Positions 29,490 through 39,166 of a stretch of 64,000 bases of DNA are shown here, one piece after another; the first letter of the stretch is position 1, and each line of letters begins with the position of its first letter. The stretch is from the NCBI GenBank assembly GCA_963713145.1, contig CAVQKI010000006.1, positions 74,369-138,368 of the forward strand, in the 5' to 3' direction. Made by a program: the position numbers and the translations under genes. Below the pieces are notes generated by a model. It did no database searches. It was given only the letters and a program-made list of their open reading frames with translations, and was not told the origin of the DNA. Origin of the DNA: an uncultured Thermoplasmata archaeon (GTDB taxonomy: Archaea; Thermoplasmatota; Thermoplasmata; Lutacidiplasmatales; UBA184).

Positions 29490-29597
29490 GGGGCTGTGGG
29501 GTAGCTATGGGCCGGAGGCCGGTCCTCCGCCTGCACTACTGGTCCATCCTTCGGGCTTTGGGAGCCCGGGACCCCGATTCAAATTCGGGCAGCCCCA
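29490..29597 (+). tRNA. tRNA-Pro (anticodon TGG at 29559-29561) with an insert of about 33 nt (about 29506-29538) in the D-loop
   Basis: Acceptor GGGGCTG / CAGCCCC. T8 G9. D-stem GGGT/TCCT. Anticodon arm CGGGC-TTTGGGA-GCCCG. 4-nt variable loop. T-arm CCCGA-TTCAAAT-TCGGG. Discriminator A. No encoded CCA. Confidence 0.7.
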
Positions 29598-29677
29598 TCT
29601 CGGTCGCGACGCCGCTCGAAGCGCTCGATCTCCGCCGGGACCCGACGTGCCGTGGGTCGTGACCGCGGAGGGGCACG

Positions 29678-30511
29678 ATGAAACCCAACGACGACCCCGC
29701 AGCCCCGGAGCCCGAGGAGACGCCACAACTCTCCGGCGCGCTCGGGTCCGGTGTACTGTTCTGCGAGAACTGCGGTGAGGAAACCTCCCACCGCATCCTC
29801 CGGTTGAAGCCGACCTCCGGCGCCTCCCCCCTAAGCATCACCGGAGTGGCCCGATGCCGGGTCTGCCGATGGACCCATCCGTTCCAGTCGGCGCGCGAGC
29901 CTCAGGTCGACATGGCCCTCATCGTCTCCGACGGCCAGCGGTCCGAACGCCGGCGGGTAAGCCTTCTCCGAAGCCGGACCGTTCGCGTGGACGAGCCGCT
30001 GCCCGACACGGAGGAAACGTTCCGGGTGACGAAGATCGACACCACCGAGGGCCGGTCGGTCGGCTCCGCCCCCGCCCCCAAGGTCGCTACGGTCTGGGCA
30101 GTACGCGGGAACGAGGCGATCGTTCCGGTCTCCATCGTCCAGGGTGCCCGAACCTCGGCCCGCGTCCTCCGCCTTCCCCCGACCGCTCGGCTCGAGATCG
30201 GCGGAACGCTCGACGTAGGGGACGACCGCGTCGTGATCGTCGGCCTCCGCGCCCGAGGTCGCACCTGGCGTCTGGAGGGCGACGGGTTCGAGGCCGCCGA
30301 GGTCAAGCGGGTCTACGGGCGGAGGAAGCTGAGTCCCCCGGCCGGCAGAAGGGTCTGGAGGACGGAGCGGGATATGCCGAGGTCGCGGGAAAGCTCGACC
30401 TCCCTTGCCGCCCGCTCGCGTTCTTCCCCCGGAGTGAGAAGGACCGACACCGTGCCGCGCGCCTCCACCGCCGAGCGGGGGGCCACGGTCCAGCGCTCTT
30501 CGCCCTCGTAA
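29678..30511 (+). CDS. HVO_0476-like zinc-finger protein (conserved archaeal); annotated 3' end probably too long
   Basis: CENCGEETSHRIL....GVARCRVCRWTH, followed by a beta-rich body ending ...AAEVKRVYGRR near 30320. The last 190 nt or so overlap the convergent NFACT gene. Confidence 0.6.
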   Translation: MKPNDDPAAPEPEETPQLSGALGSGVLFCENCGEETSHRILRLKPTSGASPLSITGVARCRVCRWTHPFQSAREPQVDMALIVSDGQRSERRRVSLLRSRTVRVDEPLPDTEETFRVTKIDTTEGRSVGSAPAPKVATVWAVRGNEAIVPVSIVQGARTSARVLRLPPTARLEIGGTLDVGDDRVVIVGLRARGRTWRLEGDGFEAAEVKRVYGRRKLSPPAGRRVWRTERDMPRSRESSTSLAARSRSSPGVRRTDTVPRASTAERGATVQRSSPS

Positions 30512-32205
30512 CGGATCTTCCCGAGCGCGAGCTCGAGGGGCACGTCGCGCACGAAGTTCTTCGTTCCGCGGATGACGAACGCGCCGCGGGGAACGAACTC
30601 CCCGGAGACGGCGGATTTCGAGACCTGGTCGGGGGTGGCCCAGAACGCCGAGCCGGAGGCGAGCCCTGCCCGCCACGCCTTGGAGAACGCGACCGCCCAC
30701 TGGGCTGCCTCGCGGAGGGTCTGTTCCGTGACAACGGCGGGAGGCGTGGGCCGCTTCACCACGACGCTCGCGGCGCCGTGGAGGTCCGCGTGGAGGTAGT
30801 AGTCCCCGTCCTTCAGGTTCCGTTTGACGAGCGTGTCGTTCGATGGGGCATCCCGGCCGGCGATCACGATAGCGCCTTCGGAGCTCACGAACCAGCGGTA
30901 CCGCTCGAACCAGCGGTGCTTGGCGGCGGGAGCGACGGCCGCGAGGGGTACCGCCGGTCCGGCGCGGGTCGGTGCGGCGACGCGGGCCTCGGTCTCTTCC
31001 AGCGCGGCGACCGCGCCTTCGAGCTTCTCCGCGAGCCGCTTCGATTCCTCGTAGAGTGCCTGCGCGCTCTTTCGCGGGGTGGCTTCGACCGAGATCGTGA
31101 TCGGCCGGCCGTCCAGGTCGAGCGCCAGGGTCCGCGGACGGGGGTCCTTCGCCGCGGCCTCGGCCAGACGTGCCTCGACCTCGGCGTAGTGCGAGAGGAC
31201 CGCCTCGGCGTCGATCTGTCGCTCCCGGACCGCTCCCGTGAGCTTGTCGATCGCCGCCCGCTGCCGCTCGGCGAGGCGCGCCAGCTGCTGCCTTCCCTCC
31301 ACGGCGGCGGTCTCCTCCGGGCTCGAGGACGGAGGCAGGACCGTCCGGAAGAACGCCGCCGCCGCCTCGGAGAACGTCGGCCGCTCCAGTAGCTCGATCT
31401 CCGGTACCCCTTCCCATCGGCGCGTCCGGTAAGGGGTTGCGTCCAGCAGCAGGTCGCCCCGCTTCACGAGGTACCCCCGAGGCCGGTCCCCGACCTCCTG
31501 TACGAGTTCGGTGAGGATGGCGTGAAGGCGGGGCGTGACGAGCGACGCTGAGGTCGCCGCAGGCTCGCTGCCCTGCCAGCCTCCGCGCGCGATCACCTCC
31601 TCGGCTACGGGACCACCCAGCGCGAGCCGGGCCGCTAGCGTGCTCGCGAGGTCGGTCCGCGAACGGGCCAGCTCGGCCTCAATCTCCGCGGGACCCATCG
31701 TCCACGGGTCCGCCCTCGAGGGCGGTCGCGAGTAGGGTGCCCCCGCGCGAACATCCCGATGCGCCCAGCGACGGGGGCGCGACGCGGCGAGGATCTTGCC
31801 CGCCCGGGCGAGAATGAGGTTCCCCGTGCCGAACAGCTCGAGCCCCAGGACGAGCTCCTCCGGCTCCGTCGAGCGACCGAACTGCAGCTCGAGGTACCGT
31901 TCGGCGCCGGGTTCGGCCACGGTCCTGAGGACCGAGCCGGTGAACACGCGACGGATCTCTCGGGCGATCGGGGAGAGCTCCTCCGCGTGGGATTCGCCGA
32001 ACGGCAGGACGGCCGCGAACCGGCCCGGGACGAGCACGAGCTCTTGCCGGCCCGTCCCCGTGCCCCGGAGAACGACCGACCATCCCCCGTCGGCGCGGTC
32101 GAATGCCTTGTCGACCCGCGCCCGCCCGAGCGACCGGAGCTCGTGGACGACGGCCAGGGTGTCGAGCGAGGTGAATCGGTCCTTCGGGCCTGGGTCCGCC
32201 GACAC
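30313..32205 (-). CDS. NFACT-family protein (RqcH/NEMF/FbpA-like, ribosome quality control)
   Basis: FTSLDTLAVVHELRSL...RYLELQF...LELFGTGNLIL (NFACT-N). HRWFERYRWFVSSEGAIVIAGRDAPSNDTLVKRNLKDGDYYLHADLHGAASVVVK (NFACT-R/DUF814). I start it at the GTG at 32205 because the upstream 221 codons of the track ORF are antisense to the acyl-CoA dehydrogenase gene. Confidence 0.8.
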   Translation of the reverse strand: MSADPGPKDRFTSLDTLAVVHELRSLGRARVDKAFDRADGGWSVVLRGTGTGRQELVLVPGRFAAVLPFGESHAEELSPIAREIRRVFTGSVLRTVAEPGAERYLELQFGRSTEPEELVLGLELFGTGNLILARAGKILAASRPRRWAHRDVRAGAPYSRPPSRADPWTMGPAEIEAELARSRTDLASTLAARLALGGPVAEEVIARGGWQGSEPAATSASLVTPRLHAILTELVQEVGDRPRGYLVKRGDLLLDATPYRTRRWEGVPEIELLERPTFSEAAAAFFRTVLPPSSSPEETAAVEGRQQLARLAERQRAAIDKLTGAVRERQIDAEAVLSHYAEVEARLAEAAAKDPRPRTLALDLDGRPITISVEATPRKSAQALYEESKRLAEKLEGAVAALEETEARVAAPTRAGPAVPLAAVAPAAKHRWFERYRWFVSSEGAIVIAGRDAPSNDTLVKRNLKDGDYYLHADLHGAASVVVKRPTPPAVVTEQTLREAAQWAVAFSKAWRAGLASGSAFWATPDQVSKSAVSGEFVPRGAFVIRGTKNFVRDVPLELALGKIRYEGEERWTVAPRSAVEARGTVSVLLTPGEERERAAREVELSRDLGISRSVLQTLLPAGGLSFLRP

Positions 32206-32265
32206 CGCCCTTCGCCCCCCGTTCCATGGGCACGACCCGCCACCACGCCTTAAGGGCTGGGAGCG

Positions 32266-33414
32266 GTGGGGCCGGTCGTGCCCCCGGAGGAGCCAGAAGC
32301 CGCGAGCGACTGGCGGCGGAAAGCCACGGAGTTTGCGGATCGGGTGGTGGCCCCAGTGGCCGGGAAGATCGACCGAGACGACCTCGTTCCCGACACGATC
32401 GTTCGCGCGCTCGCCTCCGAAGGATTCCTCGGCCTCGGCATCCCCCCCGAGTGGGGGGGCACCGGAGGGTCCGCCCGGGCGACCGTCGCGGTGCTCGAGG
32501 AGTTCGCTCGCGCGAGCGCGACGATCGCGGTGCTCGTCGCGGTCCACACGTCCGTCTGCGCGACCCCCCTTCTCGACTGGGGGACGAACGCGCAGAAGGA
32601 GCGGTTCCTTCGGCCCCTCGCGCGAGGCGAGCGGCTGGGCGCCTTCGGCTTGACCGAGCCGGGGGCAGGCTCCGACGCGGCGGGACTCAGGACCCGCTAC
32701 GTCCGCGAGGCCGACGGCTTCGTCCTGAACGGCTCGAAGATGTTCATCTCCAACGCCGTGAGCGCCGGGGTCGTCCTCGTCTTCGCGACCCGCGACCCCG
32801 CGCTCGGGCACAAGGGAGTCTCCGCCTTCGTGGTGCCCCCGGGGACCCCGGGCTTCTCGGTCGCCCAACGCCTCGACAAGCTCGGCCTACGCGGCAGCGA
32901 AACGACCGAGCTCGTCCTCAACGGTGTTCGTCTGCCCTCCGATGCGATGCTCGGTCCAGAAGGCGCCGGGCTCAAGGTCGCGTTCCAGGGCCTTGCCGGC
33001 GGTCGGGTCGGGATCGCCTCGTGCGCGCTCGGCGTCGCACGCGCCGCGTTCGAGGAGATGCGCCGCAACGTCCAGGCCGACGATGCGGAGTGGAAGCGCA
33101 CGATCCTCGCTCGGTCGTTCGCTCAGCTGATGGCCGCGCGGGCCCTGGTGGAACGGGCCGCGGCCCTCAAGGATTCGGGCGTCTCCTACGCGACCGACGC
33201 GTCGGTCGCCAAGCTCGTGGCCTCGGGGGCGGCCGTGTCGATCGCCTACTCGGGCGTCGATGTAGCGGGGTCCGAAGGGTCCCGCTCCGGGGCGGCCGCG
33301 GAACGGCTGCTCCGGGACGCGCGGGTCTTCCCGCTGGTCGAGGGGACCACGGAGATACAGGAGCTCATCCTCGCGCGCAGCCTCCTCGCACCCGACAGCG
33401 AACCAAGACTCTAG
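32266..33414 (+). CDS. acyl-CoA dehydrogenase
   Basis: GAFGLTEPGAGSDAAGLRT, NGSKMFISNA and EGTTEIQELILAR. Confidence 0.85.
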   Translation: MGPVVPPEEPEAASDWRRKATEFADRVVAPVAGKIDRDDLVPDTIVRALASEGFLGLGIPPEWGGTGGSARATVAVLEEFARASATIAVLVAVHTSVCATPLLDWGTNAQKERFLRPLARGERLGAFGLTEPGAGSDAAGLRTRYVREADGFVLNGSKMFISNAVSAGVVLVFATRDPALGHKGVSAFVVPPGTPGFSVAQRLDKLGLRGSETTELVLNGVRLPSDAMLGPEGAGLKVAFQGLAGGRVGIASCALGVARAAFEEMRRNVQADDAEWKRTILARSFAQLMAARALVERAAALKDSGVSYATDASVAKLVASGAAVSIAYSGVDVAGSEGSRSGAAAERLLRDARVFPLVEGTTEIQELILARSLLAPDSEPRL

Positions 33415-33439
33415 TACGTCCGGGTGCTCGCGCGTCCTC

Positions 33440-35735
33440 GTGGCGCCCCGGGGACCTTCGCGCTCCTCCCGGCGGTCGTCCCCCAAGGAGTCGCCGAATT
33501 CCGTTCCGCTGGCGGAGACCGCCCTGGACGCGGACGTCCGCAGGCTGCTCGAGAGCGACGGCATCACCCAGCTCTATCCTCCGCAGGCCGCTGCCCTCGG
33601 ACCGGTACTCGCCGGCGAGAGCCTGGTTCTCGCCTGCCCCACCGCGAGCGGAAAGTCCCTGGTAGCGTACCTCGCGCTCCTGCGGGCCGCGCGCGCGGGC
33701 CGAACGGGCCTCTACCTGGTTCCGCTGCGGGCGCTCGCCCACGAGAAGGCGGAGGAGCTCGAGAAGTTCGCGGAGCTGGGGCTCAAGGTCGGGATCTCGA
33801 TCGGGGATTACGACCTCCCGGCGGACCGTCTCGAGAAGCTCGACGTCCTGGTCGCCACGAGCGAGAAGGCCGACGGCCTCCTTCGCCGTCGTTCCCCGTG
33901 GCTCGATCGCCTCGGAGTAGTCGTCGCGGACGAGGTGCACCTCATGCGGGACCCCGAGCGTGGGCCGACCCTCGAGGTAAGCCTCACGCGCCTCCGGCAG
34001 TCCTACCCGGATCTCCAGGTTGTGGCGCTCTCCGCTACCGTCGGGAACTCGGAGGAGCTCGCGGAATGGCTCGACGCCCGCCACGTGGCGAGCGACTTCC
34101 GGCCGGTCCCCCTCAAGCTGGGCGTCTACCTCGACGGCCGGATCACGTTCACGGACCTTTCGACCCGCGAGATCCCCCCTCCCGGCGACCCGGTACCGCG
34201 GCTGGTCCGAACGGTGGTCGAGGAAGGCGGCCAGGCCCTCGTCTTCGTGAACACCCGGCGCGCGAGCGAGCAGGTAGCCCGGTCGCTCACGGGCACGGTC
34301 CTCGCGCTGCTCGGCGACGACGAGCGGGCGCGTGCGAAGCTGGCCGCCCAGGAGCTCACCGTCGTCTCCGAGGAGGACACGGAGGGGATCCGTCGGTTGG
34401 CGGGCCTTCTTCCGTACGGTGTCGCGTTCCACAACGCGTCCCTCACGAACGCCGAACGGCGGATCGTGGAGCGGGCGTTCCGGGACCGGGCCCTGAAGGT
34501 CCTTGTGGCCACGCCCACGCTCGCCGCGGGGATCAACCTGCCAGCGCGGAGAGTGATCGTCCGGGACACGACCCGCTACGACGACCGGATCGGCATCCAG
34601 GCGCCGATCCCCGCGCTCGAAGTCCACCAGATGCTCGGCCGCGCCGGCCGGCCGCGCTACGACCCCGTCGGTGAGGCGCTCCTGCTCGCCCGCGGGCCCG
34701 ACGAGGAGCAGAACCTCCTGGACGGATACCTGGCCGCGCCGCCCGAGCCGATCATCGAGCCGGTTGGCGTCGGAGCCGGCGCTCCGCATGCACGTGCTGG
34801 CCTTGGTAGCGAGCGGCGCGGTCAAGACCGACCCCGAGCTCGCCGGGTTCTTCGCCGCGACGTTCTACGGCCGGACCCTCCCCCTGCCGGAGCTGAACGC
34901 GAACGTCGCCCATGTGCGGCGGTTCCTCGAGGAGCACGAGCTCCTGCTTCCGGGGCCGACCCTTCGGGCGACGCGGTTCGGCGAGCTCACGAGCGAGCTC
35001 TACCTCGACCCGCTGAGCGCCATCGTCCTCAAGGATGTCCTTGAGCGGGCGCCGATCGGGGTCGGGGAGTTCCCGCTCCTCGCGGCGATCGCAGCCACGC
35101 CCGACTTGCCGCCGCTCTTCCTCCGCCGGGGCGAGGAGGCCGACCTCAGAGCCCGGCTCGCGGTCGAGGCCGAAGAGCTTCTGGTGAAACCGGAGGAGCC
35201 GCCGCTCGAGTTGAACCTCGAATCGTTCCTCTCGACGCTCAAGACCGCGTCGGTCCTCGAGGCGTGGATCGCCGAAACGCCGATCGTGGAGATCACCGAG
35301 CGGTTCGGCATCGGCGCGGGCGACCTGAGGACCAAGGTCGAGGACGCGGACTGGCTCCTCTTCGCCGCTGGGCGCCTCGCGGTGGCGTTCCAACGCCGGC
35401 TCGCCCGGTCGATCGACGATCTGTCGCTCCGGGTCCGGTACGGAGCGAAGGAGGAGCTCCTCGACCTCGTCCGGCTGCGCGGCATCGGCCGGGTCCGAGC
35501 GCGCCGACTCTACCGCGCCGGGTTCGCGGATCGGGAAGCGCTGCGTGCCGCCCCCTTCGAGCGCATCGAGCAGGCCCTCGGTTCGCCGAGGCTCGCGGAG
35601 ATGGTGACCGCCCAGCTCAGCCGACGGGACGGAACGGCGCCCCGGGCGCCCGTCGAGACGGCACCGCCGCCCCCTCCGGTCCCCGGTAGGGCTCGCCGCC
35701 GGCTCGAGGAGTTCCACTCCGACACGGCGCCGTGA
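33440..35735 (+). CDS. hel308: Hel308/Ski2-like DNA helicase; frame break at about 34757-34760
   Basis: CPTASGKSLVAY, VVADEVHLM, ALSATVGN, VATPTLAAGINLPARRVIV and QMLGRAGRP. ...PPEPII joins SRLASEPALRMHVLALVASG if one G is removed. C-terminal HhH-like LRGIGRVRARRLYRAGF. Confidence 0.85.
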
Positions 35736-36822
35736 CCCACTCCTCGATGGGCGTCAGGACGCGCACGACCGAGCAGGTCCCGCCCGCGCCGCCGGTCCGG
35801 ATCTCCCGCCGCACGTAGCCCGCGCGCTCGAGACGGACGATCCGTCGCCAGAGCGTCGTCGTCGGCAAGGGGCGTTGGCCTTCGGCCCGGGCGAGCTCTC
35901 CCTCGAGCCGCTTGACGTCCCCGAGCCGGGCCGCCGCGCCCCGGCTCGCGGAACCGATCGCACGCACGACCCGGGGCTCGACCGCGGGACCGGCGTCCTT
36001 CTGGAATGGACTCCCGTCCGTGAAGGTGGACCGGGGGAAGCCGAGCAGCTCCCGGCGCAGCAGGTCGATCGCACGACGGGCGCCCCCGCCCTCGGTGACC
36101 GCGCGCTCCACAACGCGAGAAACGAACGCCGTGGGCGGGGCCCGGCCGAGCGCACGCTCGGCGCGATCCCGCACGATGGCGCGGAGATGAGGCTCCGGAT
36201 AGGGAGCGAGCTCGATGAACGGCCGCACCGTCATCCGACCTTCGACGTCCGCGACCGCGGTAGAGAGCCCGTCGGGCGACCCCGCAAGGATCGTCCAGAG
36301 CGGTGGTAGGCCGAATTCTCCTTCCGGAAGGAACCGGTCGGGGTCGCCGAACGCCCGCAGGATCGGCCCGAGGTCCGGCCCGCCAACCCCCACGTCGTCG
36401 AGCACGACGACCGTGGGGCGCCCTTCGCGACGCAGCCGGCGGAGCACGCCGGCGATCACCTCTGCCGAGGGAAACCCGCGGCCGTCGAACCCTTCATCGA
36501 ACCGTTGGAGCAGGGCAGTGGCCACACCGTGAGCCCCCCTCAGCGAGGCGGTGCGGACCGAAAGGATGCGGGGTGTCGGCTCGCCCGACGCCTGGCGCAG
36601 TCGCTCGACGGTCTCGCGGGCGGCGCGTCGGGCCACCGTGGAGGTTCCGCTCCCCGAGACGCCGGACACCGCGACGACCCACGGGCCGGGGGCCCTCGGG
36701 GCTGGGGCGTCCAGTCTCAGGACCACTTCGTTCAACTCCCGCTCGCGTCCGAGAGCGAGAGGGGGCAGCCACTCGTTCGCAAGCACCTCAGGGTTCGTCG
36801 TGGGCATCACGGAGACTTGCAT
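35617..36822 (-). CDS. Orc1/Cdc6-like AAA+ protein with winged-helix C-terminus; Walker A lacks the lysine
   Basis: LGRERELNEVVLRL, P-loop position VAVSGVSGSGTSTVARR, Walker B VVVLDDVG, ARRAIDLLR, and C-terminal wH LWRRIVRLERAGYVRRE. The 3' 120 nt overlap the hel308 end. Confidence 0.7.
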   Translation of the reverse strand: MQVSVMPTTNPEVLANEWLPPLALGRERELNEVVLRLDAPAPRAPGPWVVAVSGVSGSGTSTVARRAARETVERLRQASGEPTPRILSVRTASLRGAHGVATALLQRFDEGFDGRGFPSAEVIAGVLRRLRREGRPTVVVLDDVGVGGPDLGPILRAFGDPDRFLPEGEFGLPPLWTILAGSPDGLSTAVADVEGRMTVRPFIELAPYPEPHLRAIVRDRAERALGRAPPTAFVSRVVERAVTEGGGARRAIDLLRRELLGFPRSTFTDGSPFQKDAGPAVEPRVVRAIGSASRGAAARLGDVKRLEGELARAEGQRPLPTTTLWRRIVRLERAGYVRREIRTGGAGGTCSVVRVLTPIEEWVTAPCRSGTPRAGGEPYRGPEGAAVPSRRAPGAPFRPVG

Positions 36823-36996
36823 ACCTGCGCACTATAAGAATACTGTTTACCGCAGCCGGCCCTAGTGAAAACTGAGCGACGCTTCTGCGCGTCGGCCCAG
36901 TCCCGGCGCGCTTCTGCTATCGGGAGACGGTCCCGCACCTCGCTGGGCCGCCCCCTTAAATCCCGCGGAGACTCGGGCCCGCCGGAGACCACATCG

Positions 36997-38106
36997 ATGG
37001 GGTACCGGGTCACTCTCATTCCGGGGGACGGGATCGGTCCCGAGGTCACGGCGGCCGCGCGCCGAGTCGCCGAAGCCACCGGCGTCTCCATCGATTGGGA
37101 GGTCGTAGAGGCGGGCGAGGCCGCGATCAAGACCCAGGGGACGCCCCTGCCCGACTCCGTGCTCGATTCCGTCCGGAAGAACAAGGTCGCCCTGAAGGGC
37201 CCGATCACCACCCCGATCGGCGGGGGATTCCGTTCCGTCAACGTCGCGCTGCGACAGCAGCTCGACCTCTACGCGTCCGTGAGGCCGGCGCGGGCGATCG
37301 CGGGCGAGGGCACGCGGTTCCCCGAGACCAACCTGGTCGTGGTCCGAGAGGCCACCGAAGGCCTGTACTCCGGCGTGGAGCATTGGGTCGACCGGGACCA
37401 CACCGCTGCCGAGACCGTGAACATCGTCACCCGGAAGGCGTCCGACCGGATCGTGCGGTTCGCCTTCGAGCTTGCGCGACGCGAGCACCGGCACCGGGTG
37501 ACCGCGGTCCACAAGGCGAACATCATGAAGACGACGGGGGCGTTGTTCCAGACGGCGTTCCGCGAGATGGCCCCGAGGTACCCCGAGATCGCCGCGGACG
37601 AACGCTTGATCGACAACATGTGCATGCAGCTCGTGAAGAAGCCCTCCGAGTACGACGTGATCGTCACCACGAACCTCTTCGGGGACATCCTCTCGGACCT
37701 CTGCGCGGGTCTCGCGGGGGGCCTCGGGGTCGCGCCGGGGGCGCTCTACGGGGACGGGATCGCCGCGTTCGAGCCCGTACACGGCTCGGCGCCGAAGTAC
37801 GCCGGGCAGGACCAGGCCGACCCGGTCGCCGAGATCCTGTGCGTCGAGCTCATGCTCCGACACCTCGGCGAGCATGAAGCGGCCGACCGGGTGTTCCGGG
37901 CGGTCTGGGAGACGATCGCGGAGAAGAAGGTCGTCACCTACGACCTCGCACTGCCCGGGTATACGCAACGCCCCGTCCCACCGTCGAGCTGCTCTGCGAT
38001 GGCCCAGGAGATCGCCCGCAAGGTTCCCGAGGTCGATCTCGACAAGCCGCTACCCCGCCCGGCAGCTCCCGGCGCGGCGGCGAGCGACCCATCGCTCGAG
38101 GCGTGA
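36997..38106 (+). CDS. isocitrate/homoisocitrate/isopropylmalate dehydrogenase family (beta-decarboxylating dehydrogenase)
   Basis: The ATG at 36997 gives MGYRVTLIPGDGIGPEV. SVNVALRQQLDLYASVRP, VVVREATEGLYSG and NLFGDILSDLCAGLAGGLG. Substrate not assignable by eye. Confidence 0.8.
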   Translation: MGYRVTLIPGDGIGPEVTAAARRVAEATGVSIDWEVVEAGEAAIKTQGTPLPDSVLDSVRKNKVALKGPITTPIGGGFRSVNVALRQQLDLYASVRPARAIAGEGTRFPETNLVVVREATEGLYSGVEHWVDRDHTAAETVNIVTRKASDRIVRFAFELARREHRHRVTAVHKANIMKTTGALFQTAFREMAPRYPEIAADERLIDNMCMQLVKKPSEYDVIVTTNLFGDILSDLCAGLAGGLGVAPGALYGDGIAAFEPVHGSAPKYAGQDQADPVAEILCVELMLRHLGEHEAADRVFRAVWETIAEKKVVTYDLALPGYTQRPVPPSSCSAMAQEIARKVPEVDLDKPLPRPAAPGAAASDPSLEA

Positions 38107-38111
38107 GCGGT

Positions 38112-38522
38112 TCAGTCCCCCACGACCTTGACGATCACCCGCTTCGGGCGACGGCCGTCGAACTCACCGTAGAACAGCTGCTCCCACGGGCCGAGGTCCA
38201 GGTCTCCGCGGGTCACCGGGAGGACGACCTGGTGGCCCAGGAGAAGGTTCTTGAGATGGGCGTCGCCGTTGGCCTCCCCCGTGCGGTGGTGCTCGTAGTC
38301 GCCGGGCGGCGCGAGACGGTCCGCCCACCGTTCGATGTCCTTCAGGAGGCCGGTCTCGTCGTCGTTGACGAAGACGGCCGAGGTGATGTGCATCGAGGAG
38401 ACGAGCGCGAGGCCGTCCCTCACGCCGCTCCCCCGGACGATCTCCCGGACGCGCTCGGTGATGTTCACGAGCTGGCGGGCGGTCTCCGTCTTCATCACAA
38501 GGTACTCGGTTCGGGTCGTCAT
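38112..38522 (-). CDS. YjbQ/UPF0047-family protein (secondary thiamine-phosphate synthase-like)
   Basis: From the ATG at 38522: [37 protein letters not shown]......[19 protein letters not shown]...LPV..G.L.LG.WQ. Confidence 0.75.
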   Translation of the reverse strand: MTTRTEYLVMKTETARQLVNITERVREIVRGSGVRDGLALVSSMHITSAVFVNDDETGLLKDIERWADRLAPPGDYEHHRTGEANGDAHLKNLLLGHQVVLPVTRGDLDLGPWEQLFYGEFDGRRPKRVIVKVVGD

Positions 38523-38695
38523 CCCCCGCCGATTCCCCGAGGGTAGTTTTAAGACTACGAGGGCCCGGTTCCACGGTGGTGACGGGTTCGGCCGCGCCTC
38601 GCCCGATCCGGATTCCCCGTTCCGGCACGACGCCGACCCGGACCGTCCGGTTCTCCGCCTCGCCACGGTCGGCGGAGCAGCCCCGCGGCCCCACG

Positions 38696-39157
38696 GTGCG
38701 GGACCGGAAGGAGAACCGGTCCGGAACGCAGCGCGCGGTTCGGGTCTCGCTCCTCTTCGTCCTTGCCATCGCTGTCCTGTACGGAGGCTTCGTGCTTCTG
38801 GCCGGCACGTCGTCGGACGGGACCGGCCCGGGTGTCTGGCAGCAGATCGAGCTGTTCGGGTTGATCGCGATCGTCGTTTCGGTCGGGGGAGCGCTCCTCA
38901 CGCTCGGGTCTGCCCCCCGCGCGATCGAGACCGACGCGAACGGGACGGTGGTGGTCGGGCGCTTTGGCCGCCGACGGCGATTCGCGGCCGGCGTGCCGAT
39001 GTCGGTGCGCCTGGTGCAGAAGTACCCCGCCGGATTCCTGTCGCCCACGGCGGTCGATGTTGTCGAGGTGACGGCGGGACAGCACCGGGTGACCTACTTC
39101 CTGGAAGAAGGGATGCTCACGATCACGGACGACGGCCGCGCCGCGAAGCGGCGCTGA
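38696..39157 (+). CDS. hypothetical membrane protein (2 TM plus PH-like C-terminal domain)
   Basis: The GTG at 38696 is in frame with ORF 38576..39157. [21 protein letters not shown] and [19 protein letters not shown] are followed by a soluble beta-rich part. Confidence 0.4.
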   Translation: MRDRKENRSGTQRAVRVSLLFVLAIAVLYGGFVLLAGTSSDGTGPGVWQQIELFGLIAIVVSVGGALLTLGSAPRAIETDANGTVVVGRFGRRRRFAAGVPMSVRLVQKYPAGFLSPTAVDVVEVTAGQHRVTYFLEEGMLTITDDGRAAKRR

Positions 39158-39166
39158 TGCCGCGGT

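Noticed and set aside
32206-32868. N-terminal 221 codons of track ORF 30313..32868.
   Set aside because: This part is antisense to the acyl-CoA dehydrogenase gene and has no NFACT similarity. A GTG at 32205 directly precedes the conserved NFACT-N start.
36823-36996. Possible replication origin next to the Orc1/Cdc6-like gene. GGAGAC occurs four times and CGCTTCTGC twice.
   Set aside because: The gap is only 175 bp, with no A/T-rich unwinding element and no ORB-like long repeats. It is more simply a divergent promoter region (CTATAAGAATA box at about 36828-36842).
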